A stretch of 64,000 bases of DNA from Chiloscyllium plagiosum (Eukaryota). The stretch covers positions 15,220,974 to 15,284,973 of the forward strand of contig NC_057719.1 of the NCBI RefSeq assembly GCF_004010195.1. The letters run 5' to 3'. Position 1 is the stretch's first letter; each line of letters starts with the position of its first letter. Under the pieces are notes generated by a model. That model saw only the letters and a list, made by a program, of their open reading frames with translations. It was not told the origin of the DNA and searched no databases. Shown piece after piece: positions 52,201 to 60,252 of the stretch. A program made the translations under genes and the position numbers.

Positions 52201-55200
52201 CGATTAATACCTTAAATGAATGAGTTGCTTTGAGGAAAGGTTGGACAGGATAGACTTGTAGCTGCTGGCATTTAGAAGAGTAAGTTGAGACTTAATTGAA
52301 GATGCAGAAAGATCTGCGTTGGGTGCATGTGGAAAGGATATTTCCTCTTATAGGAGAATCTAGAATTAAGTTCACTGGTGCCAGTCAATAATCACTTTGT
52401 CTAAAAACAGAGATAAGGAATTTTTCTCAAAGTTGAATGTCTTCACAACTCTCACTCTCTCAAAAGACAGTGCAAGCAGTGTCCTTGAATATTTGTAAGG
52501 CAAAAGTAGATAGACTTCTTAATAAGCAAGAGATGAAAAGTTATCAGAGGAACGTGAAGTTATCAGATCAGTAATGATCTTATTGAATGACAGAACAGGC
52601 TCAAGTGATTTACTCCCAATTCTAATTTATAAGCATTTTTGAGGCAATATAGGACAGGACCAGATTATGACTTGATAGATTGAGAATAGAACCAGCTGAA
52701 AGGAATCCTACCTTCTGCATGATAGAGAAGAAGTGCTAGAGGAAGATGAGGAGATTGGTCCTCTCAAAAGTGTCAGGCAAATCATGTAGTATGACACAGT
52801 GATCACACAGTATGATCATTGTTACACTGGATTCCAATTGTGATGTTGATTCGGGCAGTACCTCTATAGAGAAGTAAAGCTTAAACTCAGCATTGCAAGA
52901 AAAAGAATAGAGATTTGGGAAATGAGCAGATCTCAAAAAGAAAGGAAGGTTGGAAATGGGGCAGTAGTTTACAAGGTCAAATAAAAGACATACTGTTAAC
53001 CAGATTACAAAATTTTAGCTTGAAACTCTACTCACCACTGAGAACAATGATGTCAAACACCCCATTACCAATCAATTGGTCCCAGTAGGTAACAGATGCT
53101 CGAAAACAACCTTTTCTCCACAATGTCAAGTTCAGAAGCACTAGGCACTTTGACTTATTCAAGGAAATGGTTTTATGAAACAAAACATCTGACATTTCAT
53201 TTTCAGGGCCACCAAGCTGAAATCCAAGCGAAGGATAGAGTACTCAGTTACAAATTAAAAAGAGGCAAGTTGAGCTATTTAAAAGGTTGTTTTCACAATA
53301 TTAGCGCAAATATTCAAAAATACACAGACTCAGGTGGCACAATGCATGCAACATTATGTATTGGATACAATTACAACCATGATCTGCTACATTGCTGACA
53401 TAATTGATTTCAGCTGCGTTGCTATGGGCAATGCAGAGTGGGAGCCAGTCTCTTCCCAAAGGGAGAGAAGATAAATGGAAGGAGAGTTACTATGCTAATG
53501 TTGCACATCTCATGTTTATTGTATAACAAAATCAGTGCAGTCCCCAGATGTTCACTTCTCTTTAAGCAAGTACAGGGAATGGAAAAGCATGGATACAATT
53601 CAACTATCTAAAACAAATAAATTCATAGTTTTGAAACTCAAATAAAAGGCCCACTATTGACATGAATAAATTCTTACATTTAAAGATGTTACTATTTCAA
53701 GCTACAAGTGCCTTCACATTTTCTTCCCTTATTTCTACTTTCCTTGAACCTTGTATTCCTGAGCAAGGATTATTTATTCAAGACTTCTGCCAAAAAAGAA
53801 AGCAAGAGCAGCTTAAGGTCTAATGCAGTTTTAACGTTATCTCCTTTTATGTCAAAGACCTAATCTCCAAAGACTTGAATTTTCAACAGTTAGCTTGAAC
53901 CTCTATCTTGTAACCTTGATACAGAACAATGGCAACACAATATGCCCAGCCTGTCACCTGGAAGTTTGCAATTTCTTAAATGTTTAACATTCTGCACATC
54001 CAATCAGGAATTAAGAAGCATCACCTGTCAATGTGTGCATATGGGGATATCACTAGTTGGGACATCTCATCCAATATTTTTAAACAAACACGGGAAACAT
54101 TCACAAAAGTTCTGAAGAATCATACCAGACTCAAAACATTGACTCTGTTTCTCTCTTCACAGATGCTGCCCAACCAGCAGAGTTTCTCTAGCATTCTGTG
54201 TTTCCAATTTCCAACGTTTTGCATTCAATGATTTTTTTAAACATGGCTGCTCTGCTAATTAAAGCAATAATATTGTGCTGGTTCGAAAGATGGGTTTTGA
54301 AAGTCAGAAACTTGCTAGCACGTGTTACTGAAACAGCAGAAACCAAACATCTCTTTGGGTCAGATTCAATGAATCATTTCAACACTAATTTTAAATAGCA
54401 GTGTTATAGCAAAGTAAATGTATCTGAATTTCCACATTTCCCACCCCACTCCCAAGGACAATGATTTTAGAAAAAAAGAAAACCTTTATGAGACTATCTA
54501 GTGGAATATGGTGCCTTTGAGCCAGAAGCCCTGGATTCAAACCTTGGATTCAATGGCCAAGGCGGCGTGTTTGTGACACAGCCAAACAGGTCAAGTATTG
54601 ACCTGCAAATCTTTCCATCATACATCAGAGGCAGGGTGCAAGAATGGGAGGGATTCCAAGTCAATAATGTAATGGAAGGAATGTTGGAGCCTCTTCCATA
54701 ACTACCTAGAGCTCCAAACTACAATACTGCAAAACATGCATGTCAAAAACCATGTTGCCACAATAGCTCTGACCATGTGAAACATTTCATATCACTATCA
54801 TATTGTAGAATCTCTTGAGATGCTCAGGACCACAAGCGGAAGAGCGGTAAAAATGAAACAATAACTTGCTGTCAAGATCAAAACGCCTGGAAACCAAGAC
54901 ACCAGAAAACAGAGCAATGGAAAAGTTAGGAACTTCTTTTGTCATGTTCTCTCTCAATACTGAAGTAGAACGTATTCTCAGATTATTTTCGGAGTATAAG
55001 AGAAAGGCAGTTCTCCAAAGCTAGCAGGACCATGCAGGATTTAAATAACAGCAGTTATTTCAGAGAACAGTAAATCAGTCTAAACTTTAATGTAGGATCT
55101 CTTATAAATTCTGGAGATTCACTTACATGTAACTCATCACTCACCTCTTTGATTTGGACTTTGTAATCATCCTGCCCAATGACAGACAATGCATTACTTG

Positions 55201-57607
55201 TTGGGTTATCATATTCATCACGTGGGGCAATCTGCAATGTGTGCTGCTGTCCACTGGTCAGTACCAAAGTGGAGAAATGGTAGAGAATTTTTGTTTTTGC
55301 TGGAAATACAGATCCTATAAATGGAACGGGAGAGGGAATACATATTATCCATTTCAGAATTGGGTACAGAGATGTGTAATTTATTCAACTATCTCGATGA
55401 GAGAATTAACATTTTTTTTGGTTCCAGCTTCAAAAGTATCAGTGGACAAAATAAAAAAACTCCAATTTTTGTAATTTTTTTTTAGAAGTTAATTACATAC
55501 AGGATACCACGTGGTTTTACAAGATGGGTAAAATAAATTTTGATATTTAACTCTTTATCACACAAATGAAGTACAGTGTCCTTGATCTATTATACTGTGA
55601 CACTTGCGTTTAAAAGCTTCGAACAATAACAATTTCTGTTTATGTGCACAAAGCAAGTACCAAGGAGCATCATAAAATATTAAAAACTTAGCCATATTTG
55701 CACTTAAAAGTACCACACAATGACCATTCCTAGTGAGGGTGAATCAAACCTTCCCCTGAAGCTTAATGGTATTTACATCATCAAAAATGCTAAATCAACA
55801 TCATGGGGGTTTTCATTGATCTAGATCTACAAGAACAGGTCAGAGGCTGCAAAATCTGAGGTGAAAAGCTTACCTTCTGACTCCCAAAGCCCATCTGCCA
55901 TAGTCCATTAACTGTTATAGACCATGTGCTGTCATTACAGTGAAACTGCCATCAACAAGGCGGAAGTCAGGAATGAGACAGAATATTCTCCACTTGCCTT
56001 TATTAATGTGGTGCCAGCAATACTCAATATGGTCCACACCATCCAAATGAATGCAGCCCACTTGATCAGCATCTCACCCATTACCTTAAATGTTCACTCT
56101 GCCCACTAACATTGCCAGCGGTGTTGTAACAATTTGTCAAAGTTTGTTCCAAACCAGAGACCTTCATTACGTTTAAAGGGATGACAGCAGATGCATGACA
56201 GAATCAGCATCAACAAGCTCCTCTTCACGTCACTCGCTATCCTGACTTGAAAAGATATTGTCATGCCTATACTGTCACTGGGTCAGATTTATGGAACTCC
56301 TTCCATAACAACATGTGGGTGTAGACACATTCAGCTCAGCTAGTTCTGTTGGCTGGATAGCTGGTTTGCAATGCAGAGTGAAGTCAACAGCACAGGTTCA
56401 ATTACTGTACTGGGTTAGGTAATCCTGGGGTTAAACATTGAGTGTTGTCATTCAAATAACACTTACTACCTACGGCCTTCTGGGACAACGGAAACTTTCA
56501 TTTCACTGTAACTACATCATATGGACTATAACAGTTCAAGAAAACAGCTCATCATCACCTTCAAGAGCAATGAAGGACAGTAGTAAACACTAGTCATTAG
56601 GGATGCTCACATAGGTGAACATATATGAAACAAATTATGTGCATTTTTGCAAATGAGTTTAAGGTATATTCTGGTTTAACTTCTTGGATTCCCATAACAA
56701 TCTGATAAACCTCTTAAGGTTGCCGATCAGATATTGTTTTTAAGCAAAAATACCCAGTTTCTTTAGAGCCTAACTCACATTTTTGACACAAAGAATACAT
56801 AAGAACAAGTTACTCAAATAAATCCCCTAGCTCATTGTCTCGTTGCAGCCTTAATTATTCTGGATTGTTGATATGTTGAGCTTTGGATCTGATAAGGTCC
56901 CTGAATCTTTTACAGCATCACTCTTAACAATTTCAACTTAATTCACTCAATGTGCGTGTCATTTGTTTTTCCTTTTTCTTTGCAGTGCTAATGTGCTTTC
57001 AATTATTACCAAATCATAGACATTATTTGCAGTCTAAGGATTGGATTAGAATTATTCAGTGTCATTTCAATTTGAAATCCACACATGCAGCAAAGAAAGG
57101 AAATTTCTAGCTCAAGGATCTAAGCTTTTTCAGAACTTAAATTCCAGAAAGCAGGAAGGTCAAGCAACATCCTCTACACCACTTTTAGAATAAAGACTAG
57201 ACAGCAAGGTATAAAGAGCTGCATTTAAGTACCATTGGTGGTCAATTACCTAATTATTTAGGGAAGCCTTTATTCAAGGTGCTTAGTAATCAATGCGGAC
57301 AAATGTATAGACAAAGAAAAGATAGGCAATCTCAATCCCCAGTAAGAACATACGCACGATCACACCTACCAGGTTGAAAGGTTTTATAGTATGGGCTGTA
57401 AGCCACATTCGATCCTCCGACTTTGACAGAGAGTTCGTACCTTCCTGCCTTTCTCACTGTGAAGCCCACCTTCACCACATTGCTCTTCTGTGCATGGAGT
57501 ACTTCCTGTGTGACTGGAACATCCAACCCAAGCTCCATGTGTGAAATGTGAATCCGTAATCCCACAGGACGGTGAGCAGGAAATGGTCGGCCATTCTTGT
57601 AGAACAA
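21140..57607 (-). CDS. AREL1: AREL1 apoptosis-resistant E3 ubiquitin ligase 1 (filamin-like domain plus HECT), 5'-partial spliced CDS, 16 exons
   Basis: Exons joined by hand: 57370-57607, 55145-55314, 53036-53216, 49446-49699, 45751-45828, 45031-45172, 40319-40440, 39617-39692, 38416-38525, 37144-37323, 34464-34589, 28543-28672, 27128-27186, 24352-24441, 23716-23891, 21140-21242. Total 2235 nt, phases consistent, all GT-AG. Protein runs LFYKNGRPFPAHRPVGL...LPTAHTCFNQLCLP...EGFGML*. Confidence 0.97.
21394..22927 (+). mobile_element. Penelope-like element (Neptune-type), 5'-truncated and internally deleted, inserted in a family-2 SINE
   Basis: RT motifs (LPKIHNP, LVLTINNSF, FLRCTDDCIG, LKFTWTIS), C-terminus LEEDHLIFCLGTLLPNG, terminal repeat; ACATG on both flanks; SINE halves at about 21275-21393 and 22928-23075. 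Confidence 0.9.
22801..22828 (+). ncRNA. Minimal hammerhead core in the PLE terminal repeat
   Basis: CUGAUGA-A-GGGC CUAU GCCC-GAAAC-GUU. Confidence 0.65.
23315..23575. mobile_element. Palindromic PLE-derived mini-element (family B)
   Basis: Imperfect palindrome 23332-23575 centred near 23455; decayed core CTGATGT-A-GGAG CAGCA CTTC-GAAAG-CTA at 23495-23523; flanks TTTCCCAGCTT / TTTCCTAGCTT. Confidence 0.82.
23716..23891 (-). CDS. AREL1: AREL1 exon, 176 nt (HECT C-lobe)
   Basis: acag|VMKWFWTAVSSFTQEELARLLQFTTGSSQLPPGGFVAMCPSFQIIAAPTQNTLPTAHT TG|gtaag. Confidence 0.97.
24352..24441 (-). CDS. AREL1: AREL1 exon, 90 nt
   Basis: ccag|LLMCGTGNISVPDFKTHAVIVGGSWHFREK|gtaaa. Confidence 0.96.
25207..25233. 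repeat. (TA)n microsatellite
   Basis: About 13 TA units. Confidence 0.95.
25520..25833 (+). mobile_element. HE1-type V-SINE lacking its final tail
   Basis: TAGCTCAGTGGTTAGCACTGCT head, V-domain, ends at CCAATGGGTTGAATG. Confidence 0.85.
25834..26597 (+). mobile_element. CR1 (HER1-like) LINE 3' part, relatively young
   Basis: Open frame to 26473 (LYRTLVRPLLEYCVQFWSP...RGDLIEV..FFTQRV); tail CTCTATGACTCTA. Confidence 0.93.
27128..27186 (-). CDS. AREL1: AREL1 exon, 59 nt
   Basis: acag|(G)LNELIPENLLAIFDENELE|gtatg. Confidence 0.96.
27524..27694. mobile_element. Palindromic PLE-derived mini-element (family A) with central deletion
   Basis: Inverted arms CAAGATTAGAGTGGTGCTGGAAAAGCAC / GTGCTTTTCCAGCACCACTCTAATCTTG; perfect 13-bp flanking repeat TTCCTCTCAATGC (27511-27523, 27695-27707). 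Confidence 0.92.
28543..28672 (-). CDS. AREL1: AREL1 exon, 130 nt
   Basis: tcag|VIELIAGGAQMPVTNDNKIFYLNMLAQYRLASQVRQEVEYFLK G|gtatg. Confidence 0.96.
28950..29210 (-). mobile_element. CR1 LINE 3' end
   Basis: Reverse match to 26340-26597. Confidence 0.88.
29585..31790 (-). mobile_element. CR1-group LINE (second family) ORF2, degenerate
   Basis: TALDIKAASDQIW, SGVLQGSVLRPVIFSCFLN, EVGTFCDD; 3' tail similar to SINE family 2. Confidence 0.88.
29716..29945 (+). mobile_element. Short SINE-like insertion (family 3) in the LINE 3' end
   Basis: GCTGGAAGGCTGGTTTGCGATGCAG similar to 56324-56506; ACAAT on both sides. Confidence 0.65.
31820..32415 (-). mobile_element. Older CR1 3' part
   Basis: Reverse similarity to 40495-41179. 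Confidence 0.75.
32415..34240 (-). mobile_element. PLE 3' fragment (family C) split by a CR1 insertion
   Basis: Terminal repeat with CTGAGGA-A-GGGTCA CT TGACCC-AAAAC-GTT on the minus strand; GIY-YIG remnant (HLILHLGTLQPSGLN) at about 33830-34200. Confidence 0.78.
32758..33805 (+). mobile_element. CR1 LINE 3' part containing a family-A PLE insert (about 33085-33205)
   Basis: ADDT, EFNLGKCEVLH, LRDDLIEFYKI; tail CTATGACTC. Confidence 0.9.
34464..34589 (-). CDS. AREL1: AREL1 exon, 126 nt
   Basis: gcag|YFATDDPEFYKSKVCYILKNDVSEMDLVFAEEKYNKSGHLEK|gtaat. Confidence 0.96.
35020..35540 (-). mobile_element. CR1 LINE 3' end
   Basis: ORF 35101-35577 LGLFSLECRKLRGDLIEVYKIM...VWNELPEEVVEA. Confidence 0.92.
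35846..36138 (-). mobile_element. HE1-type V-SINE
   Basis: GGGTGGCACGGTGGCTCAGTGGTTAGC head, GGTTCGATTCC-like B box, (TCTAA)n tail. Confidence 0.88.
36320..36800 (-). mobile_element. PLE (family A) 3' fragment inserted in a family-C remnant
   Basis: PVAEHFNSPSHS...LEEERLIFRLGTLQPQGMN plus terminal repeat with a mutated core. Confidence 0.9.
37144..37323 (-). CDS. AREL1: AREL1 exon, 180 nt
   Basis: ttag|VHPNPDRSPHLRLKLYEFAGKIVGKCLYESAQGGAYKQLVCARFTRSFLAQIIGLRMHYK|gtaat. Confidence 0.96.
37480..38032 (-). mobile_element. DeuSINE-like remnant
   Basis: Degenerate reverse match to the recalled Deu domain and a tRNA-like head near 38030. Confidence 0.5.
37626..37798. mobile_element. pogo/Tigger-like MITE
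   Basis: Right TIR GGATAATCGAGGTTCCTCTG followed by TA; decayed left TIR CAAAGGAAACACTATTATCC. Confidence 0.72.
38416..38525 (-). CDS. AREL1: AREL1 exon, 110 nt
   Basis: tcag|(A)LDWGGPRREWFELMCKALFDQSNGLFMHFSDNNQGL|gtgag; HECT signature D-x-GG-x-x-REWF. Confidence 0.97.
39046..39066. repeat. (CT)n microsatellite within a family-C PLE remnant
   Basis: About 10 CT units. Confidence 0.9.
39617..39692 (-). CDS. AREL1: AREL1 exon, 76 nt (HECT start)
   Basis: atag|SLKATRNFSVSDWSKNFEVIFQDEE G|gtcag. Confidence 0.95.
39775..40110 (-). mobile_element. CR1 LINE 3' end
   Basis: Reverse match to 26270-26597. Confidence 0.9.
40319..40440 (-). CDS. AREL1: AREL1 exon, 122 nt
   Basis: acag|(G)GSETFQDKVNFFQRELRQMHMKRSHTKIVLKISRHSFLES|gtgag. 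Confidence 0.96.
41782..41984 (+). mobile_element. CR1 3' end inserted in the PLE
   Basis: FFTQRVVSSWNALPVAVV and (TTCTATG)n tail; PLE frame YSQFL|CLHRIC resumes after it. Confidence 0.9.
42773..43194. other. Assembly gap (422 N)
   Basis: Run of N. Confidence 1.
43261..43288 (+). ncRNA. Minimal hammerhead core with weakened helix II
   Basis: CUGAUGA-A-GGGC UUUU GUUU-GAAAC-GUC (three G-U pairs). Confidence 0.5.
45031..45172 (-). CDS. AREL1: AREL1 exon, 142 nt
   Basis: tcag|FYYHSLDPVHKFLTLVVDDGIQPPVELSCKERNIMAATFIRFLHKNI G|gtaag. Confidence 0.96.
45751..45828 (-). CDS. AREL1: AREL1 exon, 78 nt
   Basis: gcag|QFSVKEFYLKIIPWRLFTCRVCPGTK|gtagg. Confidence 0.96.
46730..48160 (+). mobile_element. 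Two degenerate CR1 3' parts in tandem with a SINE fragment between
   Basis: ATCCACTTTGGTAGGAAGAA, CAGTTTTGGTCTCC, GATCTCATTGAAATCTACAAAAT and a second WDRLGLFQL..DDLIEM copy. Confidence 0.8.
48275..48486. mobile_element. Palindromic PLE-derived mini-element (family A) with a hammerhead core on each arm
   Basis: Centre ATGAGCTCAT (48349-48358); flanking repeat CTTGCAGTGGCATTG (48260-48274, 48487-48501). Confidence 0.92.
48319..48346 (-). ncRNA. Minimal hammerhead core, sense to the AREL1 pre-mRNA
   Basis: CUGAUGA-A-GGGC UCCU GCCU-GAAAC-GUC; helix I poor. Confidence 0.55.
48661..48976 (-). mobile_element. HE1-type V-SINE, young copy
   Basis: A box TGGCACAGTGG, B box GGTTCAATTCC, intact V-domain, CpGs retained, (TCTAA)n tail. 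Confidence 0.92.
49446..49699 (-). CDS. AREL1: AREL1 exon, 254 nt
   Basis: aatag|AA AAT GAA = (E)NEKNTVEKNVSTPGTSVCFEAYLY...KVKKPKKVYCYISPK|gtaag. Confidence 0.96.
50038..50953. mobile_element. Probable solo LTR
   Basis: Starts TGTTCTGAC and ends GTCATAACACA; ATGC on both flanks (50034-50037, 50954-50957); no coding content. Confidence 0.5.
51128..52630. mobile_element. Degenerate CR1 pieces (minus about 51128-52150, plus about 52200-52630) with a V-SINE tail at about 51825-51928
   Basis: Similarity to other CR1 3' ends in the window. Confidence 0.65.
53036..53216 (-). CDS. AREL1: AREL1 exon, 181 nt
   Basis: tcag|CTT GGT = LGGPENEMSDVLFHKTISLNKSKCLVLLNLTLWRKGCFRASVTYWDQLIGNGVFDIIVLS G|gtgag; not in the ORF track. 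Confidence 0.93.
55145..55314 (-). CDS. AREL1: AREL1 exon, 170 nt
   Basis: tatag|GA TCT GTA = (G)SVFPAKTKILYHFSTLVLTSGQQHTLQIAPRDEYDNPT...QIKE|gtgag. Confidence 0.95.
55800..56620 (+). mobile_element. CR1-group LINE (second family) 3' part with a family-3 SINE insert at 56324-56506
   Basis: Homologous to 8100-8340 and to the reverse of 29585-30420; TGTA on both sides of the insert. Confidence 0.75.
57370..57607 (-). CDS. AREL1: AREL1 exon, 238 nt (filamin-like region)
   Basis: tag|TTG TTC TAC AAG = LFYKNGRPFPAHRPVGLRIHISH...YSPYYKTFQP G|gtagg. Confidence 0.96.
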
Positions 57608-57802
57608 CTACACAACAATATAAGAAGATTTTCTTTCTGAAAAATGACATGCATTACGATTCGTCCTTGTTTAAACATCTTGTATAATGTTTACACAACA
57701 GAAGGAGGCTGTTGAGTCCATCATTTCCATGTCAGCTTCCAGCAAGAGGAACTCAGCAAGTCCCATTTCTTTGTATTATCCCTGTAGCCCTATAAGAAAT
57801 GG

Positions 57803-58145
57803 GGATGACATGGCCTAGTGGTATTATCACTGGACTATTAATCCAGAGAACCAGGTAATGTTCGGGGGATATAGGTTCGAATCCCACCATGGCATACGGT
57901 GGAAATTGAATCCAATAAAAGTCTGGAATCAACGCCATGAAACCATTGTCAATTGTCAGAAAAACCCATCTAGTTTGCTAATGCCCTTTAAGGAAGGAAA
58001 TCTACTGCCCTTACCAGGTCAGGCCGACATGTGATTCCAGACCCACAGCAATGTGGTTACTCTCAACTGCCCTCAGGAGCAATTAAGGATGGACAATAAA
58101 TGTTGGCCTGGTCATTGACGCCTACATCCCATGATAAATTTAAAA
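57803..58145 (+). mobile_element. tRNA-derived SINE (family 2) within an old minus-strand CR1 (about 57680-58840)
   Basis: A box TGGCCTAGTGG, B box GGTTCGAATCC, body and tail as 5868-6310. Confidence 0.85.
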
Positions 58146-59124
58146 AGGGTCTCATCAAGTAATTACTCAAAATCCTTTTGAAAACAACAACCAAATCTGT
58201 TTCCATCAGATACTTAGGCAAGCACGTAGATCCTCAAAACATGCTAAGAAAAAGAAGTTTTTCCACATTTCACCTCTGTGCTCTTTGACTATCAGCTTAA
58301 ATTTGCATCTGCTCGTTCTTAACTTTTTCCTTCCATGGGAACATTTCATCTTTGCATACTACATCCAAACTCTTCATGATTTTGAAGGCCTCCATCAAAC
58401 ATCCTCTCAATGCTCTCTTCTCGAAGGAGAATTGTCTCAAATTATCCAAGCTACCTTTGAACTAAAGCTCCTCGTCTCGACAACCATTCTTTTTTCTCTG
58501 CAGCCTCTTCACTTATACCCTCAAAGTTCATTATCCAGAATTGAACACAATATTCCAGTGAGGCAAAACCACCTATTTACATAATGTTGAGAACTACAAA
58601 GAGGCATAAATTACAAAAATACAAAAGTTATGGTGAACCTTAAGTTTTATCTGCTACATGTCCAACATTTCCAGCCTGTCTACATCCTTTTGACATCCAT
58701 CATTACCCTGCTCAAAGTTCACTATAATTCCATGTTTTGTGTCATCTGCAAACTTTAAAATTGCACCCTGCACATCACAAGTTTACATAATTGAAATGGT
58801 TCAGGAAAAGCAGTGGTCTGACCACTGGGAAACCCCACTGCAAACTGGATGAAGAGGTGCAAGCATTCAATTGATTCAGAGTTGTCATGATGAAAAGGGT
58901 GTCAGAGTTAGGAATATGGGTGCTTTTAAGGATCAACTTTACAGTTGACTGAAAAAAGGTGTGTTCATTTGATTTTTGTTTTTAACAGCAGTGTTCTTAC
59001 TGGGGCGATTTGGTGATGGAAGAAAAATGTTTACACCTGTGTAAGAGCACTTCTGAACAGAAACGAAAAAGAGGGAAAGAAATGGAAAAAAACAAAACAA
59101 AGGTAAAGCAAGGTTCTTTTCAGA

Positions 59125-60252
59125 GTGCTTGTGGTACAATGGCAGGGTCTGAGCCAGGAAACCTGGGTTCAAGTGCCATCTACTCCAGAAGTGTAGAAGA
59201 ACATTCCTGAACAGGTTGATTAGAAAACATAGAATTCAAATGTAACTTTCAGTTCAGGAGGGAGGATCATTGGCAGCACTCCATGCCAATCACAAGCTGC
59301 GAGTAACTGGTATAGCAACATAAAATATTGCCTGCTCATGATAATGTCTGAAGCACTTGCTTAACAAGAATGTATGTACTTCTGCCTTAAAAGCATTCAA
59401 AGATCAGAATTCTTCTCAGGGCTCTTGTGGTAGTGAGCCCATCACTGAGCCAGGAGACCTGGGTCCAAGTCTTAACTGCTCCAGAAGTGTGAAATAACAT
59501 CTCTAAATGGGTTGATTAGAAAATACCCAAAAGGACAGTCGTTAGAGCTCTTGAGGCATGGTGGGAGTGCCCGTACTTCTGGACCAGAAGATCTCAATCC
59601 AAGTCCCACTAGTTCCAGAGGTGTGTTGCAAGATTTCTAATAATCTAAATATATAAATATCTGAAATAAATTGCAACACCTCAATCAGCTATGTGGCCTA
59701 ACTAATCAAGTTTGTATCGCTAATGGCTCTTGTTGTGCAATGGTAGCAATCCCACTTCTGAGCAGGAGACTTGGTTTCAATTCCCACTTGCTCTAGAGGT
59801 GTACCATAACATCGTGGAATAGACTGATGAGAATAAAAAAAAATCAACATTCTTACTAATGCTCCTAATACTTTTAGAGAAAGTCTGACACGACAAGGGC
59901 TGGAGTGCTTTATTTCCCCCTCCCTCACCTTTGGTGGTCTGCATTGTCCTTAATGGAATTTTGTATGTAAACTGATCCATTAGAAAACATGGGTGATCTA
60001 CTAGTGGTATTAATATACAAAGAAAAACACAGGTGACTTGGTGATGACAGCAAAGCTGTTTGGTCATGTGAGATAACACTTCTGGATATTAAAGAGTGAG
60101 CAGAGTTCTTTAAGGGCTCTTGCACAACAGTGGTACCATCCCTACCTCTAAGCCAGAAGGTCTGGGTTCAAGTCCTATTCCACAGATGTGTCATAACACC
60201 TTTGAACAGGCTGAATAGAAAATGGTTGATTAGAAACAGGTTGATTAAAATA
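59125..60252 (+). repeat. Cluster of five tRNA-like SINE-head units of about 110 bp
   Basis: Units near 59125, 59419, 59545, 59724 and 60113 share GCTCTTG..TGGTAG..CTGAGCCAGGAGACCTGGGTTCAAGTCC..CTCCAGA.GTGT..AACA..GGTTGATTAGAAAA. Confidence 0.8.

Noticed and set aside
59125..60252. CRISPR-like array or tRNA gene cluster
   Set aside because: Units are about 110 bp and diverged, spacers are irregular, the context is eukaryotic, and no complete cloverleaf is evident.
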